DNA of 60,124 nucleotides, the filler included, from Bipalium vagum (Eukaryota), in the NCBI GenBank assembly GCA_037834085.1. It is 3 parts of 3 records of this genome, joined end to end, with 100 filler letters (N's around TTAATTAATTAA, not from the genome) between each part and the next. Parts side by side here need not be neighbours in the genome. Positions count along the whole stretch, not along the records: positions 20,612 to 41,412 come from JBBMKC010246552.1; 2 more parts are not named here. One strand, written 5' to 3'. Below, one piece after another: positions 27,281 to 40,185 of this stretch. The notes below the pieces were generated by a model. The model worked only from the letters and a program-made list of their open reading frames with translations. It searched no databases and was not told the DNA's origin. Each line of letters begins with the position of its first letter. Positions within the stretch are counted from its first letter, which is position 1. Made by a program: the position numbers and the translations under genes.

Positions 27281-28304
27281 TAGATTCCATATTCGTAACC
27301 CAATCAATTTTTATATTATTATATGTGAAATATGTGACAGGCTTGGTTGAGTAGTAATAGTAAATCTTTTTTTTCATCAAATACTTTTTTAGTAATTGGT
27401 AACTCAAATTTGAAATGTTTACTTATCTTAAATGAATTCATTAATTTAGATTTATTCAAATGATCTATAGTAATTCAATGTCAAATTATATTGCTGTACC
27501 AGTTATAAAACGTGGATATCACTATAGTAACCGTTGAAAAGTTCCAACGTCCACGTATTGGAGAGATATACAAATTATTATGCAAAGAAGTGATGAGAAT
27601 TCTTGAGAAAACAATGACATATTGTAAAAATTAACCTGGTGACAAATTTGGCCACTGTTTATCACATATAGTTGCCAAAAATTGAAAATCAACTTTAACC
27701 GATTTCTGTTATTGTTTATTATGTAAATATTTGTTGTGTGAAAATTTTAGATGGTTCCTTATTATATTATTTAAAAATGTCCATTAAAAATGAAAGATAT
27801 AACAAAGCCCAATATCAAAAGCTTAATACAAAACATAAAGCAAATCAGTAGAAAGACTAACTTATTTGAAGAGAAATCGTTTTACAAGAGGTCACTACTG
27901 GGGTAAAAGAAGTAATACTCGAGGAAATGAAGTACAGTAAAGAAGACAAATCTTTACAATGAAGAATCTTGTCTTAAAATATATATATTGGTAATATATT
28001 TACAAAGGGATATTATATTGATATTGTATTCTTAAGATCACTGTTAAATAGTGAATACGACATTATCAAGGGTTATTATCACCGAAAGGTGATAAGCTCA
28101 CCTTTACTAGTCTGGCATTTTCTGAATTAATATTAAAAAGAAAAATCGTATATTTAAATTAATGGATGAAGAAAAGAGAACGTTATTTGCAGTATGAAAG
28201 TTCAATTTGGATGAGGTATTTTAAAGCTTGATTTCACTTCTATTAACAACAACAGACTCTATGAGACATGACTAAAGTGAATTAATCCAAAGAATTAAGT
28301 CTAC

Positions 28305-29159
28305 TTGTAATTGAGTGGATATTGACTTCAATTGAGAGTTGATTTCCATTTTGTCTACTGCTCATTATATGCTTTAACAAGTGAATGATCTTTCCTTCAG
28401 AAACCGTTATCTTGTAAATGTTCAAGGTTGAAGGACGTTGCTTCTCATCGGCAGCCGCTATGCACCACCGTAAGACATAGATCCAGTCTGATAAGGACGG
28501 TACGTAATTGGAATAGCGATGAATATGTAACAATGAATGATGTGTATTTTTCGCTGAAGAGCTGCAAAACTGACTGCCAAGTGATTGATATAACGGTATT
28601 AAACCTAACTGTATATACAAAAGACCTCTTGGTTCCATTTGGAGGATTATTTGATCCCAACCCTGTGATTGATTCTGTAAATCGCTGATCAGTTCAATGA
28701 GACTGAAACCGCCGTAATGTGACAGCCGTTTATTGCAACCTTCAGTTGATTGATAAATAAGGATTGATATGAAATTCGATTCTCTGAGATCGACGAAAAA
28801 CCTTTCGTCCCAAATGACTTTATCGGCAAATATCTCTGTCGATGTCTCTATTCTACAGTCCGAATTGATTTTCACCAAACACTGAAGAAGTCGTAACGAA
28901 GGGGCTGAGACCGAAAACGAAGGAGGCTGCAGATTTTCAGCTCTCAATATATCGAAAACAATTAGGCCGGAAAATGAGTTCTCAGCTTGATTAGATGTTT
29001 TCAATCTGAAACCAGTGTCTCGTGTTGACATCAACAAACGGAATGACGAAAGCAAGTCTTTCGACTGATCAAGTGATTGAAGTATGGAATAAATGCAATT
29101 TTCTGATTGATAATTCGAGGGAAAATTGCTTTCGGAATTACTTTCATCGAGATCATTAC
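28305..29159 (-). CDS. SYD-1/SYDE/RhoGAP100F-like exon: C2 domain plus first part of RhoGAP domain
   Basis: Acceptor TTTCAG at 29165-29160, about 285 open codons, donor GTAGAC at 28304. C2 motifs FSGLIVFDILRAENL, WDERFFVDL and MEPRGLLYIQL. GAP start VLRWCIAAADE...NIYKITVS...NIHSIT. Confidence 0.75.
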
Positions 29160-29682
29160 CTGAAACGATGTATTTATCAATTATTTATTTTTTATAATTA
29201 AATATTATTTTTATTAAGAGTCGATTTTTTTGGACGATAAATTGATTAATACAAGTCCATAGAAAGCAGTGATAGTCTTCACGAGCGACAGAATGTCTTT
29301 TCCACAGAACAAGACTTAATTCCCCTAATTCAATGATAAAGTTTTACTTGGATCATTAGATTGACATATTTATTGAAATTGTTCATTTAATCGAAAAGTA
29401 TAAAACGAATGAAGGGAAGGTTTTCCTTAGGAATATTGTGTAAATAATAATCTTGTAAGTTTTTTGGAACTCAGTTTAATATCATTTTAAATTCCAATAA
29501 AACTTGAGTAGTTTTATCAATAAAATACACAAAATCAATTTTAGGCTTAAAATTGATTTTGTGTTAACAGAGATGAATATTTTTAATAAGTTAGCAAAAT
29601 TTTACTACTTATTATTTATTTATGGTATTAATTACTAGTAAGAAAGTTATAGTATTTAGAAACAACACTGTTGAGTTGGATT

Positions 29683-29800
29683 TAGCTTCGTGCCACTGAC
29701 ATTTCGATCAACACATTTACCAGTGATCCGAATCTTTAGTTCGTCTCGTACTGTCTCACGAAGGTCTAAACCCAGCTCACGTTCCTTATTAGTTTGTGAA
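29683..29800 (-). pseudogene. 28S (LSU) rRNA fragment with internal deletion
   Basis: Reverse complement contains GAACGTGAGCTGGGTTTAGACC-TCGTGAGACAG fused to TACGAGACGAAC (sarcin-ricin loop AGTACGAGAGGAAC with one change), then ...GGCACGAAGCTA. Confidence 0.88.
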
Positions 29801-31989
29801 GTTTATAAAATCAGCTAACGCAATCTAACAAATGAGAAATTAGATTTTTTACATAAACGGAATTTACGGGAATTTTCAAACTTACTGAAAATTCACGGAC
29901 CTGGCAAAAAAATATGAATGATTTTATCTAAGTCAATCCTTCACTATTCAGAAAGTATTTATGATCAATATTTCTTTTGCTTAATTAAGGTAGAGCCAGA
30001 AAATAGTTAATAAATTTTGCATGAGATTTTCTTAGGTTCCAAATTTTAATCAAAAAATATTGGTTTCAGATTATAAGTAGTGTAATTGGACAATGGGAAT
30101 TTTTATTTTACAATTAGAATTTAAATTATAATATAACTGTTTCCGTAATAATTTAAATTTTAAAATAATAATTAATTTATAAATTTAACATTTGTAATAA
30201 ATATAGAAAAAGTGATCTTAATTCATAATTTTTTAAAAATAAAATATTATACATTATATATAGCATAAGGTGTATAATTATATAAACATAATATTTATTA
30301 TCTGAATAATTTTATAATTGTGAATTGAAATTTAAATGTATTTACAAATGTAGAATTTAAAATTAAAATAACTAAGATATGATAACAGAGAAAAGGTTTG
30401 ATAATTTAAATTATTTGAAAATTCAAACTGTTATATCCGAAATAAATAAATAATAAGAACTTATGGAATATAGGATTATTGATTTTAATTAGCTCACCAA
30501 GAAATATTAATTAAAAATATTTATTGCTATTTTTTGATTCAAAATTATCATGGAATTTTTGCAAAACTTTTCCAATGATTCCAAATATGAAATGATTTCA
30601 GCATGAATGAAAGTGATATAAAAAACGAACTATTTTTGTTAATTGTCAATATTCAACATATTAATATTATTCATTTATATATCGTAATAAAATAATTAAA
30701 ATTAAGAATTTTTCAATAAAAATGAAAAAAAATACCAAATTTATTTTATTTACATGGAGAAAATTCAATGCTTTTTTAAAGGAGAAAAACTTAAAGAAAT
30801 TAAAGTAGACAGGACGGAGTAATTGCAAAAATTAATCTATATTAAAATTGCTCAAGGAAAAAGTAAAAAATTAATTTAGAATTGGAATAAATTTGAATTT
30901 TCTGAAATTTTTAATAAATAGAAATAGTCTAAAATAATTAATAAAATAAAAATATTTTTAATTATTAATTTAGAAGGGAAAATATTTGATTAAAAGTCAT
31001 TAGAAAAAGAAACCCTTTTGTAAAGGTCTTCAATCTATGATTATCTATGATTATTTTTTCATATTTTATCTTTTTGTGAATAAGATTTTTTATTTAATTT
31101 ATTTAAAAATTTTGGATTTTTTCTTCACGCATTATATTATATAATATTTTTATTTTTAGTTGTATGTAATTAATTTTATATTACTATATTAGATGACATA
31201 AAAAATTTCCACCGTTCTTGCCTGTTTTTACTTAAATTACAGGAAATATATCAGTTGGAAATTCAATTTTAATAAATCTATTAGTAAAATCAATTCTATG
31301 AAATAGATAATTATAAATTATATAAATATCAATTGTTTATTAGAATTAAATGTTTTGCGAGAAATTTAAAATAAAGTCTGATGTGTTATAAAATGTTATT
31401 TTCTGAGAGGAAGAAATGCCAGAAATTGAGTTGAATTTGGCCTTTAAAAAGTCGGAGGATTATTTAGTGATAAAATCTCGAGATCAAAGGCAATAAACTT
31501 TTAGCTTCTGTGTTTGGGGAAGGCATATGAAGTTACGAACAACAAAGCCTTTTTGACAAGGCGCGGATTACTATACTGTTTACCATAGACTTGGCTTAGA
31601 GGCACACTTTGATTTCATCGGGGGGCCATGTATCCGGAATTGTTTTGTTTTCGTCCACAATAACTAATAATTCACCTGCGCCAGCCAATTTCAACGGCAC
31701 AACGAACACAACGAACAACACTAACAACCTCACAAGACATCCACGCCAAATTCAGCAACAAGCACAAATGGATCAAGAGATTCGGTTAGAGCCTGGTCTC
31801 GTGGCACTACTCAGGTCCTGTAGAGGTTGCCCCCTGGGTTTCAGGTATCCTACTGATATCAACTAACCAAAACTCTGCACCCTCGGTTCCTGTAGATTGA
31901 GCAGCGTCACTCTAGGCAACGCAACCTGGAAATTCAAGAAGTCTACCTTTCAACGTCCTATTTCCACCACTGTTTGATCCAAAAGCAAG

Positions 31990-32140
31990 GCAAGTCAAAA
32001 TATGTGCCGATTCAGCATCTGAGACCATATTAGAAAGAACTTGTGACAGTGGTTCACACGATTTCACTAATGTCAGTTTAAGTTGGAAGATGCACCTCAT
32101 TCTGGGCCACCAATCACAGGTAAAGTCGACGAAATCACGT
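31990..32140 (+). mobile_element. Mariner HTH fragment
   Basis: QWFTRFH*CQFKLEDAPHSGPPITGKVDEI resembles WFARFRSGNFDVKDAPRSGRPITEKVDEI. Confidence 0.75.
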
Positions 32141-34099
32141 ACATTAACATAACTAGTTATGTCATTGATAAAGATTTTGGACATATGTCAAAAAACATTT
32201 TGAAATCATCTGGTAAAACTTTTTTTCAAGAAAACTCTGATATTTGGGGAAAATTCTTGAACGAAGAATATCCAAAGACCTTAAGAAAGAACTAAATTTG
32301 CTGGTTGTATTTGAAAGGCTCATGTCATTACAAATACACGCAATATATATATATATATATATAAAGCAAAATTTTTAATATTATAGGTTATGAAAAATAA
32401 AATGTACTCTTTAGATAACTGTAAATGAAAATAATATAAAAAATAATAGGAAAAAAATAAAAAAAGAATATAATATTGGTAATGTCAAGTGTAAAACAAG
32501 TAATACTTGACATGGAAGGTGAAATATTATGAAATAAAAATTATTCATAAACGTCAATAATAAAAGTAACAAATTAAGAAAAATATTATAAAATTCTCAT
32601 ATTTAGATAATCCTCTTTTTTCGCATTTTTCGTTGATTTGTTTATTAATTAATTATTGCTCATTAATTTTGTTGACCATAAGGATCCATCAAAAATTGCC
32701 AATTTTCATATATTGAATGTATGATTTTTGTAGTTTGTAATCTTAAAACCTTTATTAAATCCTAATTGCCATTCAAAGCCATTGTTATAATGTCAATCGT
32801 TGTCAGAAAGTCTTGACCAAGACCAAGAGGTTCAAGAGATGGTTAAAAAATCATGAACCTTAAATTTTTTATAGAAATATATGTTACATAAAATATTTAA
32901 AAAACGGTTTGGAATTTATCTTGAAATGAATAAACCAAGGAGAAGTATTTGGAAAGAGGTCTTTTTATTTGTACACATCAATTATATTATCCACCAAATA
33001 CTACGCAAGTCTACATGATTTTTATACCCGAGTTAAAAATATATGTACCGTATATAGATTGATGAGTAGATTTCAAATATCTAAACAGTTTTTTCTATCA
33101 CATCAGGTTTTTTTGAATAATTAATAGATAAAAATTGCGCAATGATTACACATGAAGAATTCTATCTATAAAAAATTACAGTTCTGCTTGTTTAAATAAT
33201 TACTATAAATAGCTAATTTTTAAAATGTATTAATAAATGTCAAAATTTGTAGAGATGGAGGTTAATTTTAATAGAAATATGTTGATTTTACGGGTAGATA
33301 TTTAAAATTAAGATACCCCATAACAAAAGGAAATGTATCAACGATTCTTATTTCTTTTGTTATATTTTTGGAAATAATGTGCAATTTTTTTGTAGGCCTG
33401 TGTTGTTTATCCATTCTAACCTTTCTGTGAGTATAATAATATTAATAAATAAATAAATATTTTCTGCAATTTTTCTATTTTTATACATTTTTTTGTTGAA
33501 GTTCACCGCAAAATGAATTAGAAATTCATTAAAAAAATTCGTTCCTTAGAACTGGAAACGAGTTTTGCTTTAAATTTCCCCTGTGACTCGTTATGGGGAA
33601 AATAAACGCTCTCACTTAATCTACATTTCAGAAGAATAGGGGGAAATTTTTGTTCATCAACTTGAATGATATTTTACAACGGGATTTCTGAGTTTGATTT
33701 TGTTCCATTAATTTGGAATATTTTAATTAATGGAAAAATAATGATTTCAATTATCTCCCTGATCTGATTGGAATGTTTGGGAAATAAATAATTATAGATC
33801 TCTGATAATAGTGTACCATGGTATATGTGCACTTGATATTATATTTGTACAGGGGAATTATTCGAAAAAAAATTTCCAAATACTCACAGAAAAGTTTTTA
33901 TTTGCTTAATATTATGAAATTAAAAAATAAAATATCATAACATATTGGGTTATTGGATTAGAAATGCGTGTTTTAATGAATATAATTTATTACGTGTACC
34001 TGTAAATAAATAAATACAGATTTTTTTGACAAACAAAGCAAAAAAATTGCAAAGGATAAATAGAAATATTTTATTCAAAGAAATGTCAATTATTAATTG

Positions 34100-34930
34100 T
34101 GTATTTCTTCTATCTTTCAGGTAAACTGTGGATGCAGTCTCAAAAGATTTATCTTGTTTCGAGGTGAATCATTTAGAGATCTATTTTTGGACATCTTCGT
34201 AAGTTTTGAAGTGCCGCTCAGCAAATCCATGTACAATAATAACCGGAATAAATAGAAATCTGGAGAAACAAGATCTGGTTAATAAATTTGGTGGATGACT
34301 ACTTTTGAAATATGTAATGGAGCAAAATTACTTTACTATGTCTTTTGGCCCATTATACACCTTTGGTAATCAAATATTGATTCAGCTCCATCATTGGCTT
34401 TTGGTAGTCAGAATTAATAGTTCCAACCTTTTGATTCAACCAATAAAGAGCATTGGTCTCTTTCTAAAACTATTCCACCTTGCAGTCTGGTTTGAATTTT
34501 GACCCTAATCAATACATGATTTTATAATAAATCCACTTCTCATCTTTCAAAATGTTATGTAAAAAAGATTTTCATTCGTGTTTTTCAAGTAACACGACTA
34601 CTTTTCTGTTTTTCAGTTTTCTATCTTCCAGTTTCTGTGAGACCCAAATTCCTTCCCTAAAAATTGTACCCATTGCATTTAATCGATTAGAAACTGTTTG
34701 ATGAACATCATATAGTTACTTGTGCAGTTTTTTGCGTTTGATATGAATCTTTATCCAATAGAGCTTGTAATTGTTGATTTTCAACCGCAGAAAAAATTTG
34801 AACATTCTTTGTCTTTCAGATTGAAATCTTAATTTTTTGAAATCTTAATTTACCCATGGACCTTGCAAAGTATACCGTAATTTCTGCAGAAGTTTTTTCC
34901 ATAATAAAATAGTGGATCATAACTCCCACA
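34100..34930 (-). mobile_element. Degenerate Mos1-like mariner transposase
   Basis: LLEKHE*KSFLHNILKDEKWIYYK at ~34593-34522 resembles LLQRHERKSFLHRIVTGDEKWIYY. Ends approximate. Confidence 0.65.
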
Positions 34931-35269
34931 AATGGTTTGTGCCAGGAATCAATTTTTTATGCTTAAATCAAAACATATTAAAACTTTAATATTTAAATGA
35001 TTATCCTAGTAAACCACGTATATTAAAACAAGAAGTAATATAATCAACAAGGTTTATAGCATACAAAATAAAATTAAACAAATCCGCTTTATTTAACGGT
35101 ATACTTAGTATTTATTGCATAAACCATTAAAAACCGCGTTTTAAATAGATATAACAAATGGGCTTTACATCAACTTAGTCTTGAAAACGCGTATTCCTAA
35201 CTCAAAAGCATAATATAATAATAAATATAAAATACATTCAACTACGAAAATTATTTTTGTATGAAATGA

Positions 35270-35863
35270 AGATCGCAGTATTCGTCACTTTCTATTAACG
35301 TGGATTTCGAGACCTGGAAGTTAGAAAGAGAAGACAGCCAATTTTACAATACTGGTCAATAGGTATTGGAAGAAGCCCAAAATTTGGTTGGTAAAGTTAC
35401 GAAAATTCCAATCATTTGAACAGTGATTCGAAGAGCTCAAATTCAATCAGCCCAGGGTTCTGATATCATCCAAAAAAAGACTGTAACTTTTTGAAAGTTA
35501 TACGAAACCCAGGTTACAATGTACTTATCTAAGATCATAGATGACAAACCTTAGTGCTTCAAAAAATTAAAATATCGCCTCATTAATTCATTATAAAATT
35601 ATAATTCACCACTTTTACTTTAGGGGTCCACCTTACAGGGTATTATTGGTCACTTGCAAGAAGAACATTAAAGATCTGTAAATCAAAATATAATTCCAAA
35701 GGATATGAAATTTAAGAAAATTAATTATTTATTTGAGCACAAAACAATCTTTCAGACAAAAATTTCTGCCAACTTTATAAACATTAAAAAGTGCTTGAAA
35801 TAACTGGCCCAAGCCTAACGGAATCGATTTGAGGAAAATTGTCTCACTATGCTTTAAAGATAC
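35270..35863 (+). pseudogene. FAM49/CYRI (CYFIP-related Rac interactor)-like pseudogene
   Basis: INVDFETWKLEREDSQFYNTGQ*VLEEAQNLVGKVTKIPII*TVIRRA aligns without gaps to recalled FAM49 [48 protein letters not shown]. Later INIKKCLK*L...CLTML*RY resembles IDMKGCIKVL...LLNALRY. Multiple in-frame stops. Confidence 0.7.
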
Positions 35864-37911
35864 GTTTTTAGCAATTATATTATATGATCGGTGTATTGTT
35901 GAGAAATATGATAATTAATTTATTAACCCCTTAAGTTGTCACAGGGTTTCTGTATTTGTTCCGATTTGGTGAGTTCATTCCTTACATTCTGCGACATGCT
36001 CAATTTCGAAAAATATATATTAGGCGCCTAGTCCCAAAGTTATTAAAAACGATTTTTCCCGTTTTACTTAATTAAAAAAAAAGATAATTAAAAATTAATT
36101 AGAACCTTTTTTATTTACATTAATTATTATTTTTCATAATAAAATTTGCAATAGGATAATTTTTCAATTCGAAAGGAAATAATTATATTTTTTAATGAAT
36201 TATATTTAAAAATAATAATTTAGAAAATATTTTTACAAGAGATAACACGATAAAATATTTGTGTAATTTTAATTAAAATATATTCAAGATAAGTAAGATT
36301 ATTATTAAGTTATTTAAATATTTTTGTTTTATTAATTATTAGTTATTTTTTTTTGTTTAATTAATTTTTAATTATTTTAATTTTTGGTTTATTAATGATT
36401 ATAATTTTTTATTTTAATTAATAGTTTATTTTTATTTTTTGCGCTTATATATATTATATATTTTTTATAATTATTTTTTCAATTATTTTTTATATTATTT
36501 TTTATTATTTAATAATTATTTTATAAAAATAATATTAAATAAAATACAAATAAATAAATAATATATTTTATTTTTTAATATTTAAATTTATATATTAATT
36601 ATCAATAATTTTTAAAATTTTTTTTGTTTTATTAACATTTTTATTTCACATTAACATCTTTTTTTTGTAATATAAAACAAACTCAATAAAACCATAAATT
36701 TTCGTTTATAATACATGAAAGTTATTATATATTACATCATAATTTGATAATAATAAATAATCTTTTATTAATGATCGTGGGTAATTAATGCGTGGGTAGA
36801 ATTAATTAGGAAATTTTTGAAAAAAATTTAAAAAGAAAAAAAAATTTCAAATTACATTTTTCCACGTTGTGAGACAAAAAATATTGTGACAAAATATTTA
36901 TTTATCTATTTCATAATATCATTCATCTATAATAATAATACCCTTGCGTTCAGTAACAGTGCATATGGTTTTGCAATAAATTACTTTGAATATTAAAACA
37001 ATAACAAGTTAGAATCTCAAGTGACTGACACTTTCCTGCTGCTGAAATCTGTGAGGACAAGAAACGACTTCGTACCACACTTTCTTAGGGTGGTAATCAG
37101 AGCTCGGGACAATTATCTTTCTCCTTTCCTCTATTATTAAATGGAAAGCTTTAGTTGACTATTCATTGTACCTGGTGATTTGGTTTTATATTTTAATTTA
37201 TTAAAACAAATAATGCATGAATAATTATCCACTTTCTATTCTGTGACGACCTTAGGAAAACGAGTACTTTTCACAGGAGAAAAGAAGGGAAATTTGTCGA
37301 TTTACAACAGAAAATAATCTTCGAGAAAGGAATATCAAACCGGACAGGAGAGTGAACTTTCATTCCCCGTGTCAGCGAGGCTAATGAATGGAGAATTTCA
37401 ACAGTGTAGGAAGTGTTGCCGTCATGTACATTCTCAGGCTATACAGGTTACAGTACAAACCATTCGACCTAATGGGTTTATGTGAAGTAAAAGTCTTTTT
37501 ACGAAGTTGTTACCGAAAGATCAGGAATGCTTAAAGGAAAAGGGAAAACAATTTCAATTATTAACTTATTTTTTAGGTTTTTTTGGTTATGAACAAATTT
37601 TCAGTTTATAGCGATTTCTATTTAGTTAAAATAATACGAAAAATTTTAATATTATAAAATGTAAATTTAATTTTAAACATTTGAATTGTTTGGCGCTATT
37701 TAAGTAAAATAGGAGTTTAAAACAAAAGTTTATTTATGATAAAAATTAGAATATTGATTGTCATGTGTAAAGTTTTATATTTTATTTCTTTAATATTAAA
37801 GATAGAATTAAACATTGTCAATTTTAATAAATTTTTTTGAAATAAAAAATTAATCCTAAATACTTATCTATAAAAAATAACTGTAATTAAGATCTTTTAT
37901 ATTATTATATT

Positions 37912-38255
37912 ATCAGGCCGTGTAAAAAGTAATGTCGGTTTCTTGGAATAGATTTTTGATTTGAATATTAATCGACACAATCTGTAAGTTTATGAAATAA
38001 GCTTTGTGCATTTAATTAAAATATAATTAAAATTATTAGAGAGTTTTGTTTTACCACTAAATTGATTATTGATTATTATGGACAAATATGAAATGACCAT
38101 GAATTCTGAGAAAATTAGAATATTTATGTATTATGAGTTCAAACTGGACCACTCCGCAGCAAAGACAACCAGTAACATCATGCAAGCATTTGGTTATTAT
38201 TATTTTTGTTCAGAGTTTGTGTCATAAAGCTGACGTTACTTTTTACACATCTGAT
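37912..38255 (+). mobile_element. Internally deleted mariner (~345 bp)
   Basis: TIRs ATCAGGCCGTGTAAAAAGTAATGTCGGTTT / AAAGCTGACGTTACTTTTTACACATCTGAT. N-terminus MNSEKIRIFMYYEFKLDHSAAKTTSNIMQAFG. Confidence 0.8.
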
Positions 38256-40116
38256 CTAAAGTCATCCAGTATTATTTTTAAAAATTTTTATTCATATATA
38301 TCTTTATTAAACTACATATTTAATGTTGCGGAATTAATTTTCAATATTTTTATTAATTTTAAATTTGATAATTAATTAATTTAACTATAAAGATGAATAA
38401 AAATAATATTTTATTATTCTTTTCTTTATTAATATTATTATTTATTTTCAATTATATTTTGTCAGTATTGATATTAAATGTTGATAATAAATCCAAGCTA
38501 GGGTGTCCTGCTTCGCCATGATTGAAAGTGAGGTAAAATCAAAAGCTATCAAAACAACGAAATATTTGAGAAAGAATTTTCCGCAGCTGCGCGAATCAAA
38601 AAGCATTTATTTAATGTAATTAATGGAAAAAAGAAAACATTGCGAAATATTTCGTTTCCGCATTTATTGCAATATCTCTGGAAAACCTACATTGCATCGA
38701 CACTTTGTACGTTTTCATTTATGCTCTCTTAAGGATTATTATTTATTCTCATTATTATTCTATTTATTATTATTATTAGGCTTATCAGACCTACGGAATT
38801 TTTTAATTATTTTAAAATATTTATAAAGTTTATTTATGAATAAAATTTTAAAAGTAAACTTATTTTTAAAATTAAGAAAAAGAATTTTTAGGTAATTAGT
38901 TTAAGATAATTAGTTTAAATATTATTTGTTTTATCATTGAATAAATTTATTCTAAAAATCACTGACAGTTTTGATTATAAACTGATTGATATTAACAATT
39001 ATTATTAATATTAATTTCAATATTATTAATATTATTATTAGTCTTTAAAAACAATCAGACAAGTGTTGATTTTGTGAATCATGTTCATTTTTCAACACAT
39101 GCTCTTATTTCTAGACTATTGCACCATGTGTTTTTTCTAACCACTGATTGCAAGGTTCTTAACCTTCTACATTTGATCAAGTATTTTATCTAATGTAAGT
39201 GAGTTGCAAACTAAACCTGATCTGACTTGTTTCCGGAATGGAAAAAGAAGGATTGGTGTTGTATTTCACGTATAATATAATGAAAGATAAAATATTAAAC
39301 GGCCTAGAGAACTTAGTTCTTCTTTCTCTATTTTCGATTTCTGAATTTCTACGGAAATCGATAATTTGTCTTTTTAAGTTATTGGAATATTAATTTGAAA
39401 AATTTCGAAAAAAAAATTAAATTAAATTTTCAAATAAAAGTTTTACAAAAAAATCAATAAAGAAAAATTGTTTAAAATTATTTTTGTCAAATTAAATAAA
39501 TGAAAAATTTTTATCACTTAAATAATTAAATATAATAATAATATAATTCATTAAATATAATAATTAAATAAATTATTTTTTTTATGCTTAATGCTTAAGT
39601 TTCAATTGACATTTTGCGATTTTTATCATTTTTTAATATTTCAGTAAAAATGATAAATAATAATTATAAATGTAAATTAAAGGCACAAATGAATTATTGA
39701 TATCTGAAAGAAAAATGTAAATATGTCGATATAAATAAATAAAATAAATATAATCAATAAATTATACTTAACCATGCAATACGAAAGATAAAGTAATATT
39801 AATTTGTAAGCAAAGAAATAATTGAAGAGAATTTGTTTCAAGATTTTCCTCTGTCAATTACGGAGATATATACACTTGCTCAAAAGGCAGAAGAAAATGC
39901 ATCATTTATTTATTAATTTAATTTATACAATGTCTCTTCACATGATAAACATTTTCGAAGTCTCTCACTTATCATAACAAATACTTTAACAGTTTTTTCT
40001 ATTGACGACGATTATGAAAATAAGTTTTATTATTATTGTTACTTTAATAATAATAATAAAATAATAATATTTTAAAAAATTATTATAGTTATTTCTGATA
40101 TGATTTTAGTAATTAG

Positions 40117-40157
<41 letters not shown>

Positions 40158-40185
40158 CATCATTATTATTATTATTATTATTATC
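40117..40185. repeat. (ATT)n microsatellite with ATC interruptions
   Basis: Read directly. Confidence 0.9.

Noticed and set aside
35270-35863. Stop-codon reassignment explaining the in-frame stops
   Set aside because: All three stop types occur, the conserved middle of the protein is also missing, and the kinesin motor, SYD-1 and 400-aa exons contain no internal stops.
38499-38689. hAT-like MITE (TAGGGTGTCC...GGAAAACCTA)
   Set aside because: TIR is short and imperfect, and there is no matching 8-bp TSD.
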